Positions 45,464 through 55,275 of a stretch of DNA of 64,000 nt are shown one piece after another; positions within the stretch are counted from its first letter, which is position 1, and each line of letters begins with the position of its first letter. Location: positions 1 through 64,000 of IMG/VR virus record IMGVR_UViG_3300022074_000019. One strand, given 5' to 3'. This DNA comes from a virus. The notes below the pieces were generated by a model. It ran no database searches. It was not told the origin of the DNA and saw only the letters and a list, made by a program, of their open reading frames with translations. A program made the translations under genes and the position numbers.

Positions 45464-46129
45464 CTTGCGCTGAGCTGTAGTTAGCTCGTAATATTCAATA
45501 TATTTATCGCCTATCTCAAGACGTACATTGTAAGGAATCCTCTTTGTATTTCGAGCATGAAATCCTAAATAGAAGTAGTCTTTTGCCCCGATGAACATCT
45601 CATCATACGCAAATTCTTCGCGATTTTTAGTGTATAGTCTGACGTCAAAATATGCATCAAGGAACCGATTCCCGGTTTTGAAATTTGTCAGTTTTACACT
45701 GACATAAGGCTTTTTGAACTGGGACAAATCATTCGAAGTTCTCGCAGGTTCGTATGCATTAACAATAGATGTGTCTTCTGCAAAATTAAAGACCGCAGTA
45801 TCGTAATCATTTGTCGTTCCGCTTTCTGGAAAAGTCCAGACATGGAAGTAATCATTTTCGGGTGTTTGGATGTTTGAAAAAGCACTTGCTGAAGAGACAA
45901 CTTCCAAATCAATTTTTAGAAACACATTCTCTGTGCCAAACAGTCCTACAGCATCTTTGAAGTCAATAAGACGAGGGATTGCTGTAACTCGCTCAGTTTT
46001 GGCATTTTGAATGGTTGCTGAATCTTTGGCAAAGTTCAGCGATTTACTAGATGCGTAGTTAGCTGGCAAGCTACTGCCGCTCCCACCCATAAGCAGAATT
46101 GAGCTATTAGTTTCTTCTGTGACGTTCAT
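45452..46129 (-). CDS. Hypothetical protein
   Basis: ATG ORF preceded by TACAATAG. Confidence 0.65.
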   Translation of the reverse strand: MNVTEETNSSILLMGGSGSSLPANYASSKSLNFAKDSATIQNAKTERVTAIPRLIDFKDAVGLFGTENVFLKIDLEVVSSASAFSNIQTPENDYFHVWTFPESGTTNDYDTAVFNFAEDTSIVNAYEPARTSNDLSQFKKPYVSVKLTNFKTGNRFLDAYFDVRLYTKNREEFAYDEMFIGAKDYFYLGFHARNTKRIPYNVRLEIGDKYIEYYELTTAQRKLTV

Positions 46130-46160
46130 TACTCATCTGCATGCCTATCACTATTGTAAA

Positions 46161-47102
46161 TTACAAATAACCATTTACCTCTTCTTGGTTATCACGCAAT
46201 GCACGAAGAGCTTTTTGCTCTAGTGTCCGTACACGATCTCGTGACATATTTAGGATTTGACCAATAGCTGTCATTGACATTGGCTCAAGAATATCCTCAC
46301 CAATTCCATACCGCATTGAAATTACTGCAGCTTGCATTTCAGGCAATTCTTCAATCAAATGGCGGATATCTTCTTTGATGAACTGACGCTCAAGCAGTGT
46401 GTCAGGTAGTTGTGTTTCGTCTTCCAATAGATCTACAAGAGCGGTATCCCTGTTTTCTCCAATCTTGATTTCCAAAGACGTTGGTTGACGCGCTTTACAC
46501 ATCAGATCTTTAATTTCGTCAACAGTCATTCCCATGTAATCTGACAACTGAAATACATTCGGCATCTCCCCATTAAGTTGGCTTAGTTCCCGCTGGGCTT
46601 TCTTAAGTTTGTTGAGGTTCTCAGTAACGTGGATCGGTAGTCGGATAGCACGTGATTTTTCCGCAATCGCCCGAGTAATCCCTTGCCGTATCCACCAATA
46701 AGCGTAAGTAGAGAACTTATAACCACGACCAGGATCAAACTTCTCAACACCACGGACGAGACCAATCGTCCCCTCTTGGATGATGTCCAAGAGTTCCATG
46801 TTCCTCTTTGTGTATTTCTTTGCGACACTAACGACGAGCCGGAGATTGGCCGTAACCATTTTGTCTTTTGCTTTTTCTCCATCACGAATATCACGACGAA
46901 GTTCTTTTAATGATACTCCTAAAGATGTAGCAAGTTCTTCATTATTAGGATTAGAAAGTAATTCCTTGCATGCTTTGATTTCCATCAGTCGTTGTACTTG
47001 ACGACCAAGCAGGATTTCTTCGTCATGCTCCAAAAGAGGAATCCGTCCGATATCACGAAGATAAGAACGGACGGAGTCTCCACTTAATTTAATTGCACTC
47101 AT
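46161..47102 (-). CDS. RpoD-like (group 2) sigma-70 factor
   Basis: DSVRSYLRDIGRIPLL, ANLRLVVSVAKKY, DIIQEG, KFSTYAYWWIRQ and a region 4 HTH. Confidence 0.97.
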   Translation of the reverse strand: MSAIKLSGDSVRSYLRDIGRIPLLEHDEEILLGRQVQRLMEIKACKELLSNPNNEELATSLGVSLKELRRDIRDGEKAKDKMVTANLRLVVSVAKKYTKRNMELLDIIQEGTIGLVRGVEKFDPGRGYKFSTYAYWWIRQGITRAIAEKSRAIRLPIHVTENLNKLKKAQRELSQLNGEMPNVFQLSDYMGMTVDEIKDLMCKARQPTSLEIKIGENRDTALVDLLEDETQLPDTLLERQFIKEDIRHLIEELPEMQAAVISMRYGIGEDILEPMSMTAIGQILNMSRDRVRTLEQKALRALRDNQEEVNGYL

Positions 47103-47157
47103 ATAACCCCTATGACTATCTATTAATAATAGGGTATATTCTATTAATTTGTCAACA

Positions 47158-47487
47158 CTAAGCGCGAGATATTACGCCTACTATTTCTTCCTCTGGCTCA
47201 CTATGTAGCATTGCAAATCTTGTACTTTCTTTCGGAGCTTCCGTTGCACCTTCGAGGGCTTCAACTGCCATTGCCTGAGCGGCATGTTCGTTAAAACCTT
47301 TCTCTCGGTAGATGTCATAGAAACGCTCATATTTTTCAATAGAGCTATCAAGATCTTCACCATGATGCAGCATTTCAGCCGTCAAATGATTGGCGGCTTG
47401 ATCAGGCACACCATCGGTCTTAAGGTGCTTCCAAATAGTTTGGAATACCTCAGGATCTTGTTTAGGAGTTTCACCTGCTAATCGCAC
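47158..47487 (-). CDS. Hypothetical protein with an internal duplication
   Basis: Two G[VF]xxxAAxx[LM]xxExL units; MRLAG start. Confidence 0.65.
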   Translation of the reverse strand: MRLAGETPKQDPEVFQTIWKHLKTDGVPDQAANHLTAEMLHHGEDLDSSIEKYERFYDIYREKGFNEHAAQAMAVEALEGATEAPKESTRFAMLHSEPEEEIVGVISRA

Positions 47488-47529
47488 GTAATTTACCTAT
47501 CTATGACTTCAACTATTCTATCGAAACTA

Positions 47530-48018
47530 TTAACCGTATTGATTAGCTTCAGCAATCAAAGATCCAAGATCAGGTGATTGACCCATGCGCTTAGAAATTG
47601 CAATATTCATTTCAAACTGTTCAGGCCCAATGCGATCAATTTCAGCATTCAAGTTTTCCATACCTTTGGTTAACTGATAAGCATCCATTACATTTGCTTT
47701 AGCCATATCCCGATATTGAGCAGTAGCACTTTCAACACTCGAGGTTTCAGCCATCATTTTGGTTTGCATTCCTTGAGAAGCAGCAACTTGTTGAGGAATC
47801 GCAGAAATTGTGTTTTGTTGGATATTTTGAAGCTTTAGATCACCTTGGCGTTGCAGCTGTGCATTAGCACCAGGCTTGCTTGCCATCCCACCATCCATCA
47901 TGTTGGTCATGCCTTGGTTGGGAGGAGTCATGGCTCCGAGACCCTGCTGCATAGAGGAGAATTGCATTGCCTCCCGTGCATAAGGAGCCTCACCCATTTG
48001 TTGAATACGTTGAGCCAT
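47530..48018 (-). CDS. Gln/Met-rich hypothetical protein
   Basis: ATG ORF with its own TACAATAG box. Confidence 0.65.
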   Translation of the reverse strand: MAQRIQQMGEAPYAREAMQFSSMQQGLGAMTPPNQGMTNMMDGGMASKPGANAQLQRQGDLKLQNIQQNTISAIPQQVAASQGMQTKMMAETSSVESATAQYRDMAKANVMDAYQLTKGMENLNAEIDRIGPEQFEMNIAISKRMGQSPDLGSLIAEANQYG

Positions 48019-48046
48019 TGTTCAAATACTTTCTATACTTCTATTG

Positions 48047-48072
48047 TAAAAGGGCCACCGAAGTGACCCTTT
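48047..48072 (-). terminator. Terminator with UUCG loop
   Basis: GGGTCAC-TTCG-GTGGCCC-TTTT on the - strand. Confidence 0.8.
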
Positions 48073-48083
48073 CGTTATTTAGA

Positions 48084-49103
48084 TCAATAGTCCTGAACCA
48101 GCATCTTGGACTGGAAGGCTTGAGGGCCAGCCTGAGCAAGATACTGCCAAGCATTCTCAGGATTGTTGTCCATCATGGAGCTGAAGTCACCCCAGAAGGA
48201 GCCAGCGCCGGACTCCTGACGACCAGGGGTAGGCATATCCATTTGAGGACGTTCGAAGGACTGAGGCACGCCACGCTGTTCTTGAGCAATGATTTCTTGC
48301 TCAAACTGAGCACGAGCTTCATACTGTTCGCGTACAGCGGTCTCTTCAGCGGTTTCAGTCGGGTAGGGACCTTCTGCACCAAAGAAGCCGTTGACGTAGT
48401 CAGCAAGGACGTCGGGATCAGTCAGCATGATGTTCATGGCGGCACGCTCTTCAGAAGCAGCGTCCAGCATGGTGTTCATGGTGGTGTTGCGGCCAACTTG
48501 CTCGATCAAAGCGTCTTCCACTGCACAGGCGTAGTTATTGAGCAGGGCAGGGGCTTCAGCACCAAAGTGCTCAAGAACTTCGAGAGAGACGTCAGAAATC
48601 TGACTCAGGTAAGAATCAGCTGCGGGAGCGGGGGCGGCTTGATATTGAGCGGCCTGTTCAGCTTGAAGCTGGGACAGATACGCCGCCTCCTGGGCCGAAT
48701 AAGTTGGGGTTGAAGCTTGGGGAGCGTAAGTCGGCATCGCCTGGCTTGCCCATTCCGGAGCCTGGGGCTGTGAACCCAGCGGAGCCTGGATACTGGCCTG
48801 TGGTGTTGGTGTTTGATACGCCGAGTACGGTGCCGGGGCTTGGGACGCTTGCGGCGAATTCAGGCTTGCGCTGAGTGCCTGGAATGCTTCCTGCCATGGA
48901 TTGTTGGCCGCCGCCGGAGCCGAAGCCTGCGGGGCCGCTGCCGGTTGGTAAGTTGCCGGTGCCTGGGGCATTACCGGCGCTTGAGCCTGGAAGCTCGACG
49001 GGCTGTTCGTCGCGAATTGGGAGGCCGAGTCGGGCACGCTTGCGGTCGGCATCGCTGAGCTTACGGGCGCGGACGGTGCTGTCGTCTGACTGATACTTTC
49101 CAC
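48084..49103 (-). CDS. Putative capsid scaffolding protein
   Basis: AGGAG SD with GTG start, Ala/Pro/Gln N-terminus, acidic helical C-terminus and biased codons; directly after the portal. Confidence 0.6.
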   Translation of the reverse strand: MESISQTTAPSAPVSSAMPTASVPDSASQFATNSPSSFQAQAPVMPQAPATYQPAAAPQASAPAAANNPWQEAFQALSASLNSPQASQAPAPYSAYQTPTPQASIQAPLGSQPQAPEWASQAMPTYAPQASTPTYSAQEAAYLSQLQAEQAAQYQAAPAPAADSYLSQISDVSLEVLEHFGAEAPALLNNYACAVEDALIEQVGRNTTMNTMLDAASEERAAMNIMLTDPDVLADYVNGFFGAEGPYPTETAEETAVREQYEARAQFEQEIIAQEQRGVPQSFERPQMDMPTPGRQESGAGSFWGDFSSMMDNNPENAWQYLAQAGPQAFQSKMLVQDY

Positions 49104-50853
49104 TGTAACTTAACTCCTTACGTAAAAATTCAAGGGATCGATAGAGGAATCCTGTGATGTCAAGATTCGGATCAGCCGCCAATGGCTGATTAGGCATTTG
49201 CGGGTGGGGCAGCTGATACAACTGACCTAACATCCCAATGAATGTATTAAAACTTTGTTGGGATTGCTGGACCATCCTGAAGGGATAGCCGGTCAACATT
49301 GCTGAGCGTTCTTCGTCAGTTTTGCTGGGGAAGAGATACTTAAGGGCTTCAATAGAATCAACACCTAGTTCTTGGAGGTTTCTGACGACGATACTATTAT
49401 TAAGAATGCCCTGAGAATCCTCTTCGAAAATCTCACCGGTCCAGCGCCAATTAACTTTGCTGCTGCCGTCAGGGATTAAACCAGTAACCCCTTCAGGTAT
49501 TTGACCTGATTCAATACTAGCAGAAAAGAGTTGTGCTCTATCATCTAGGTATTGTTTTTGATCAATTTGATATTGTAGTTCAGCATCAGTATAAAGTTCT
49601 TCAGTCTCAAACTCTTCGCGTAGAGGAATGCTTGGCTTTTCAAGCTCCATAGTTTTTGAAAATGATTCTTCAAAGATATGCTCTTCATGCTGAATCATCA
49701 TTGCAAATAATTTACACAAACCAAAGTCAAACAATGCTTTGCATTTCTTTTCTGCAGTTGCGGCACACCTACCATAAAGAGATTTCATCTCATAAGCAGA
49801 AGCTGCGGTATTAATGTCAATATCATCTACACCACCTAGTGCAAGACGAATTTCAGATCGATACTGTTTTACATAGAGATTTTGGTCACCACTTACAGCA
49901 TCAGGTGTCATGTAAGACACACGATCAGTTGGCTCAAGGTTGGCAATAACTCTAGGTACTTTGATTTGACCATCAATGCTTGATCCAAAACCGGGTGCAC
50001 TTACACGTGTGCTAGGCCGATCCATTGCAAAAAAGCCAGCTTGAGAACTAATAGTTGGCTTCATATTGCCTTCTTCACCAGACTCAAGAATGTCGTGACG
50101 AGGCCGACTAGAAACTAAAGTTGGATTTCCAAAGAACTTCATGTTCTTTCGAACATTACGCACTAGTTCATCGTGAAATAAAATTTGATTTGACAGCTGA
50201 TCAAATTCTCCACTACCAGTATTCTCTCCTGTGCAGTCGATGTTATTAAACACTTCTACAGCAGGAATAAATCCGAGACTGTTAGTTAATTCTTCAGTTT
50301 GACCTGCTTGTCCCATAGGAAAAGTAGGCATTCCTCCTTGATCTTCAAAGTCAATTTTTTCGTTAGAAATTGTTTGAATAATTTTGTCTTTGTAGACCTT
50401 TAGGCGAATATACTTTTTCTTTCCGCCACGAGGATTAGGCATGGACATTGCGTCCATCAGATTTGCTTCTTTGACACCAAAACTGTATACAAGCTCTACA
50501 TGTTCAATATCACCAAATTGATCACGATAGCAACGATAACTATCTTTAGGAAAATAGAGCAGTTGATAGGTCTCTCCTTGAGGTCGAAAGTAAAATAAAC
50601 CTTGACCATCACACAAGAAATAATCGACAATACTGTCAAGTTTCATCTCAAGCATATTGTGCTCATAAACTTTTTTTATAAAAGATTTACGACTACCATA
50701 CGAATCTTGTTCGCTATAAAATTCAACACCTCTACGAAGAATAAACATACGCATCTGAGCAAGATGCGAGGATACAATCATTGTGTCAATGGGAAGATCT
50801 CCTCGCTTTTCTTTAGCAGCCGTGAGTATTTCCTTGAATTGATGATTAGCCAT
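48658..50853 (-). CDS. Portal protein (putative) with a Gly/Pro-rich C-terminal extension
   Basis: Size and position between terminase and capsid; LGFIPAVEV; DSIEALKYLFP. Confidence 0.65.
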   Translation of the reverse strand: MANHQFKEILTAAKEKRGDLPIDTMIVSSHLAQMRMFILRRGVEFYSEQDSYGSRKSFIKKVYEHNMLEMKLDSIVDYFLCDGQGLFYFRPQGETYQLLYFPKDSYRCYRDQFGDIEHVELVYSFGVKEANLMDAMSMPNPRGGKKKYIRLKVYKDKIIQTISNEKIDFEDQGGMPTFPMGQAGQTEELTNSLGFIPAVEVFNNIDCTGENTGSGEFDQLSNQILFHDELVRNVRKNMKFFGNPTLVSSRPRHDILESGEEGNMKPTISSQAGFFAMDRPSTRVSAPGFGSSIDGQIKVPRVIANLEPTDRVSYMTPDAVSGDQNLYVKQYRSEIRLALGGVDDIDINTAASAYEMKSLYGRCAATAEKKCKALFDFGLCKLFAMMIQHEEHIFEESFSKTMELEKPSIPLREEFETEELYTDAELQYQIDQKQYLDDRAQLFSASIESGQIPEGVTGLIPDGSSKVNWRWTGEIFEEDSQGILNNSIVVRNLQELGVDSIEALKYLFPSKTDEERSAMLTGYPFRMVQQSQQSFNTFIGMLGQLYQLPHPQMPNQPLAADPNLDITGFLYRSLEFLRKELSYSGKYQSDDSTVRARKLSDADRKRARLGLPIRDEQPVELPGSSAGNAPGTGNLPTGSGPAGFGSGGGQQSMAGSIPGTQRKPEFAASVPSPGTVLGVSNTNTTGQYPGSAGFTAPGSGMGKPGDADLRSPSFNPNLFGPGGGVSVPASS

Positions 50854-50888
50854 CCCTTATCCTCTATTTACTTTTAGTGTAACGGCAA

Positions 50889-51527
50889 TCAGTTAAACCG
50901 TAGTCCAGCAAATGCACCTTCTTCAGCTAAACGTCGCCGTGGCATTGATAAGGAATTACCAAACATCATTGACCCTCTAGTTTGGCTGTAATCATTTCCA
51001 ATACTGGTGTAATCTCCAAAGGTGCTATCTGTAATATTAGTAGTCATATCTCCACGCTTACCAATGTTGGCATCAATGTTACCAGCATTAAACGATCCTG
51101 TTTCTCCGCCAATTACAAAGACGGGAGCTTCTTCTTTAATAGGAGGCATTACTGGTATTTCGAATACAGGTGAAGTAGGCTCCGGACGTAATTCAAATGG
51201 TGACTCCATTACTGGTGCTGAAGATTCAGCAGGCTCAGTACCGATGTCATTAGCAGGATTCTTAGGCTCAGTCGGTGCAGGCTCTGCAATTTGCTTACCG
51301 GTTAAACGAGAGTAATCATCTTCAGCAAATTTTCCTCCCTGGAAAGCCATAATAATATCTTTATCGCTATATCCAGAAAGATCATATTTATTTCTATCTA
51401 CCATGCCTAATCTTGCCGCGGCACGCTCTGGATCAGCAGCGATGCGCTCGCGCGCGTTCTCATTACGTTGAGCAAGACTAAGTTCTTTTTTGAACTCATC
51501 GCTTCCTGCCATTCTAGTTTTAGACAT
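50889..51527 (-). CDS. Hypothetical virion protein, paralogue of 51569
   Basis: Shared IGKxGDM...GNDYS domain. Confidence 0.7.
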   Translation of the reverse strand: MSKTRMAGSDEFKKELSLAQRNENARERIAADPERAAARLGMVDRNKYDLSGYSDKDIIMAFQGGKFAEDDYSRLTGKQIAEPAPTEPKNPANDIGTEPAESSAPVMESPFELRPEPTSPVFEIPVMPPIKEEAPVFVIGGETGSFNAGNIDANIGKRGDMTTNITDSTFGDYTSIGNDYSQTRGSMMFGNSLSMPRRRLAEEGAFAGLRFN

Positions 51528-51568
51528 TATTTGTATCAAATAGGCATAAACCTATTCTACATAATTGA

Positions 51569-52879
51569 CTATTTCAGATATTTCATTGCATTTTCGTAGA
51601 TGTCTTCACCTGGATCCAAATCAACTGGTCGTGGAGCAATTGGCATTTCGAAAGTAGGTGCCTGATAACCAGCTATCGATCCCATATACTGACTTCGGAT
51701 TTGATCCACTTTGTCTTGTAAGTAGTTCTGATTGGCTCCAGCAAACTTAAATGCAGCAACTCGATCTGTATTTGGACGGGAATTAGCTTTTCTGGCTTGT
51801 TCAATAGCACCAGCTGCACGCCCATAACCACTTAACTGAGATTTAGAGCGTTGAAGAAAATTGTCGTTTAGTGCGTTGTAGGCAGTGGCAGACTGCATAT
51901 TTGCTAAGGCACTATCAGCATTAGTACTACCAGAAACTCCACCATTATTGCCAAAGCGCATATTGCCAACAGTGACAGAGTAATCATTGCCGACACTGGC
52001 ACCTGCACCGAATTGGCTATTAGTGATTGTGGTATCCATATCGCCTTGCTTGCCAATGGTGGCAGTGATGTCTTCGGCATTAAAGGAATTGTCAGTGTTG
52101 ACGTTACCAATGCCTCCCATGTTGCGTTCACCATCAACGTTGCCGCTGTTATCGAACTGTTGATTGCCATCACCAATGATTCCCTCATTGTTATTAAGAG
52201 AGTCATTGATTTGGTTGTTTCCAGTGCCTATAACAGTATTGGCGGGTTTTGGTTTGGGCATGACTTGAGGCTTGAGGGGTGTAGAATTATTTTTCTCTTC
52301 AAGCAACTTTTTATATCGAGCCATGTCGGACTTACCAAACATACGACCACCATCCAAAGCTTTAAATGCTAGTTCTTTATCAAGACCTTTAGTTTGCTTC
52401 TCAAACAAAGCCTTTAGATCTGCAGTAGAGCTATCTTTAATTCCGTGCCGTTTCTGTGCATCAGCAAAATATGCTTCGTTGGCTTCCTTGAATGATTGAG
52501 CCCTTTCTTTAGCTTGAACGAGTTTATCATCCTTCTTGGCTAGCTTGCCTTGAAGTTTTTCAATTTTTTGATCCTTTCGGTCGATCTTTGCGTCCTTTCT
52601 TTCTATCGTATTACTGGCTTTATTGAGTTGGTTTTCGATTCTCTTTGGCTTATTTTGAATGGCTTGAGCTTTATTTTTAGCTTTTTGCTGTTTGATAAGT
52701 TTATTGTATCGCTGCATATCTCTACCCTGGGTGTCAAAGCTGCCACCACCATCTAGTGCCTGAAAAGCTAAACCTGCATCCAGACCTTTAGTTGCTTCCT
52801 TGTAATCAGAAAACATTCTGTCTGCTCGACTTTTATCTCCACCAGCTTTATTTAAAAAATATTCTCTATTTGCAGCCAT
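51569..52879 (-). CDS. Hypothetical virion protein
   Basis: Duplicated GLD...ALDGG...RY module, a basic coiled coil and an Asn/Gly-rich region. Confidence 0.75.
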   Translation of the reverse strand: MAANREYFLNKAGGDKSRADRMFSDYKEATKGLDAGLAFQALDGGGSFDTQGRDMQRYNKLIKQQKAKNKAQAIQNKPKRIENQLNKASNTIERKDAKIDRKDQKIEKLQGKLAKKDDKLVQAKERAQSFKEANEAYFADAQKRHGIKDSSTADLKALFEKQTKGLDKELAFKALDGGRMFGKSDMARYKKLLEEKNNSTPLKPQVMPKPKPANTVIGTGNNQINDSLNNNEGIIGDGNQQFDNSGNVDGERNMGGIGNVNTDNSFNAEDITATIGKQGDMDTTITNSQFGAGASVGNDYSVTVGNMRFGNNGGVSGSTNADSALANMQSATAYNALNDNFLQRSKSQLSGYGRAAGAIEQARKANSRPNTDRVAAFKFAGANQNYLQDKVDQIRSQYMGSIAGYQAPTFEMPIAPRPVDLDPGEDIYENAMKYLK

Positions 52880-52890
52880 GGTTTTACTAT

Positions 52891-54429
52891 TTATAAGTCA
52901 AAGCTATTACTATTGTAGTCAAGCTGAAGACTACCTCGTCTCAACAATCCACCCATAGTTAAAACCATTGAGTCAACAGCGTCATCGTGCTGTGAGTGAC
53001 CAAAGTTTACTAGTTCTTCTTCAAGGATGTTCCATTTACGCCACTTGTTCCAGACAACTTTTCTATGCTCATACAAGCCAAGGACGCCTCGCAGTCGTGC
53101 AAGTTTGTCACCTTTAAATCCTTTGACCGGTGAGCAGCTCAAGTTATACAAAGCACGCTGATCAAACATGACACGTTTGAAGTCTCCTTCAAATGAAGAC
53201 TGATAAGCAACGGCTTCAGGCCAAATCATGCATGAAGACATTGTTGGAAAATAATGTCCCTCATCATTCTCAAGAACAATGTTCCAGTCAGCCAGCATTT
53301 CACAAAGTGTATCCATTTTTTCTAAGTTGCCCATGCTCTTCACACGGCGTTGATCAATCAAATAGATCTTGCCATCTTTAATCCCTCCAAGCGTAAATAC
53401 AGTCCAGTCATTCTTTTCGTTGACACCTGCACTCAAGTCAATGCCAACTCCAATGCAATCATATTCTTCTGGAACCTTGCCATATACGAGTAGATCTGGT
53501 GAAATACCTACATCACTAGATTGCACTGCAGTGTTTAGATACTGATAAGCAAAAGCGACACGATCTTCTTTCTTTCTTTCGTTCAAGTATTTCATTGACC
53601 AGAATTCTGGCCAGTAGGATCGTTGTCTACCATCTGCATCAGTAATCACAGCCTTTTGTATTATTTGCTTCCAATTATTCTTTGGAACAAATAATGAGGC
53701 GTGTATATCGTCAAAGTGGAAACGAGTTCCCAAACATATCGCCCGAGCTCCTTGGAACATCGTAGGAGCGATAACGTTAGACCACGTTTGTTCCATCTCT
53801 CTCCTAATATCTGGATTGTTGATCGAAGCAGCAGACTTGATAGGGTCATCAATAAGTACAAGTTGGGATCGCTTTGAGGTAATTGCACCTTTGAGACCAC
53901 CACACGCAATAGTGAATGCTTCTTCCCCAGCGGTATCGATACCTGCAAACTCATAATCAATGCTCCAATATTCATCTGATCGTCTTACTTTTGAAAGCCT
54001 TACCATTGGAAATATTTCACGATACTTTGCACTTGCCAAAATGCCTTTGATAGTCGCAGACTTTGCGCGACTAATATCAACCATGTATGCGATATAAAGT
54101 ATTCGCAGCATTTTCTTGGCAGCTGCATGTCTCCCGATCATCCAAGCAGCGAACAAACCAAGGACAGTGCTTTTCGCAGATCCGCGTGGTGCGAGGATCG
54201 ATGTATTTGGGCCTCCGATTCCTAATAGGCATTCACTATCAACTCCTGTGCATAGCTCATTGTTCCATTCCAACATATGCTTTGCTGGAGGTTTTCCCAT
54301 AAGAGTGCAGAAGCTCACAAAGTTATCTCGTGCCTGCAGTACATCTTCACTCGGAGGTTTAGAGGTAACTTTGGTAGCGTTCATCAACGCCATGCGTTTA
54401 TACGCAAGCGCTGCACTTGGAATAGCCAT
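52891..54429 (-). CDS. Terminase large subunit
   Basis: APRGSAKST Walker A, VLIDD Walker B, GTR, GIDLS and HDDAVDS nuclease motifs. Confidence 0.93.
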   Translation of the reverse strand: MAIPSAALAYKRMALMNATKVTSKPPSEDVLQARDNFVSFCTLMGKPPAKHMLEWNNELCTGVDSECLLGIGGPNTSILAPRGSAKSTVLGLFAAWMIGRHAAAKKMLRILYIAYMVDISRAKSATIKGILASAKYREIFPMVRLSKVRRSDEYWSIDYEFAGIDTAGEEAFTIACGGLKGAITSKRSQLVLIDDPIKSAASINNPDIRREMEQTWSNVIAPTMFQGARAICLGTRFHFDDIHASLFVPKNNWKQIIQKAVITDADGRQRSYWPEFWSMKYLNERKKEDRVAFAYQYLNTAVQSSDVGISPDLLVYGKVPEEYDCIGVGIDLSAGVNEKNDWTVFTLGGIKDGKIYLIDQRRVKSMGNLEKMDTLCEMLADWNIVLENDEGHYFPTMSSCMIWPEAVAYQSSFEGDFKRVMFDQRALYNLSCSPVKGFKGDKLARLRGVLGLYEHRKVVWNKWRKWNILEEELVNFGHSQHDDAVDSMVLTMGGLLRRGSLQLDYNSNSFDL

Positions 54430-54454
54430 ATATTCTGTATCTAGTAATTACAGT

Positions 54455-54742
54455 TTAGCGATACCAACCACGTCTGCGCTCTACTGCATACTGAGCCATT
54501 CGATCCAAATATGACGCACGTGCTGCTGCAATTGCATTCTGACGTCTTGTAATTTCATATGCGATGCGCATGGCTTCTTGCAGCTTGCGTCTTTCCACTT
54601 CTCTAGCATTGTATCCAGTTAATTGCTCTGTTCCCAAATGAGGCATTCCAGGCAATGCTGCTGCCAATGTTCCGCGAAGCCGAACGGCATTCGTACTATG
54701 TTCCCTAATCTCAGGTAGTTCAGGTAACTCTGGAATCATCAT
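54455..54742 (-). CDS. Hypothetical protein
   Basis: Coupled ORF. Confidence 0.6.
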   Translation of the reverse strand: MMIPELPELPEIREHSTNAVRLRGTLAAALPGMPHLGTEQLTGYNAREVERRKLQEAMRIAYEITRRQNAIAAARASYLDRMAQYAVERRRGWYR

Positions 54743-55275
54743 TACCCGTTTACCTCGCTATACACTTTTGCCCAAACCGCATTCATTGCATTTTCAATGG
54801 GTTCAGAAAATTGAGGATCATCTTTGAAGATGGCTGTTAGTTCACGCATAACACGGTCAGCACCAGCCAAAATCAATCCACGTTTGTCAGTTGTTTTGTT
54901 AAATCGTTCAGAAGTCTCAATATGACTGCGTAGTTCTTTCTCTAGGCTTGCAAGTCGCGCTGCTCCGTCTGATCCTTTTATCTCACCAGAAGTGATAGCC
55001 ATACGCAACTCTTGAATATCACTATGCAACGCACTGATTTCACTGTTCAAGATGCCACGTCGATCAAGCTTTTTAAATTTCATTTTGATCCATCGGGCCA
55101 GATCATTAAATGAACCTTCGTATCCACAGATACCTGCATATACCCAAATCTCAATTACTGAAGGAGTGACATCAGCAAATTCTCTGAAGTCCTCACTCTC
55201 AGCGGCAGGAAGTGAATCCAACCACTGATCAACAACTGTGAGATATATCTTACCGGTTGACGTAGAAGTAGTCAT
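54742..55275 (-). CDS. Possible terminase small subunit
   Basis: Helical 177-aa protein upstream of TerL; assignment is by position only. Confidence 0.4.
   Translation of the reverse strand: MTTSTSTGKIYLTVVDQWLDSLPAAESEDFREFADVTPSVIEIWVYAGICGYEGSFNDLARWIKMKFKKLDRRGILNSEISALHSDIQELRMAITSGEIKGSDGAARLASLEKELRSHIETSERFNKTTDKRGLILAGADRVMRELTAIFKDDPQFSEPIENAMNAVWAKVYSEVNG

Noticed and set aside
47967-48713. 248-aa + strand ORF opposite the scaffold gene
   Set aside because: Antisense shadow ORF.
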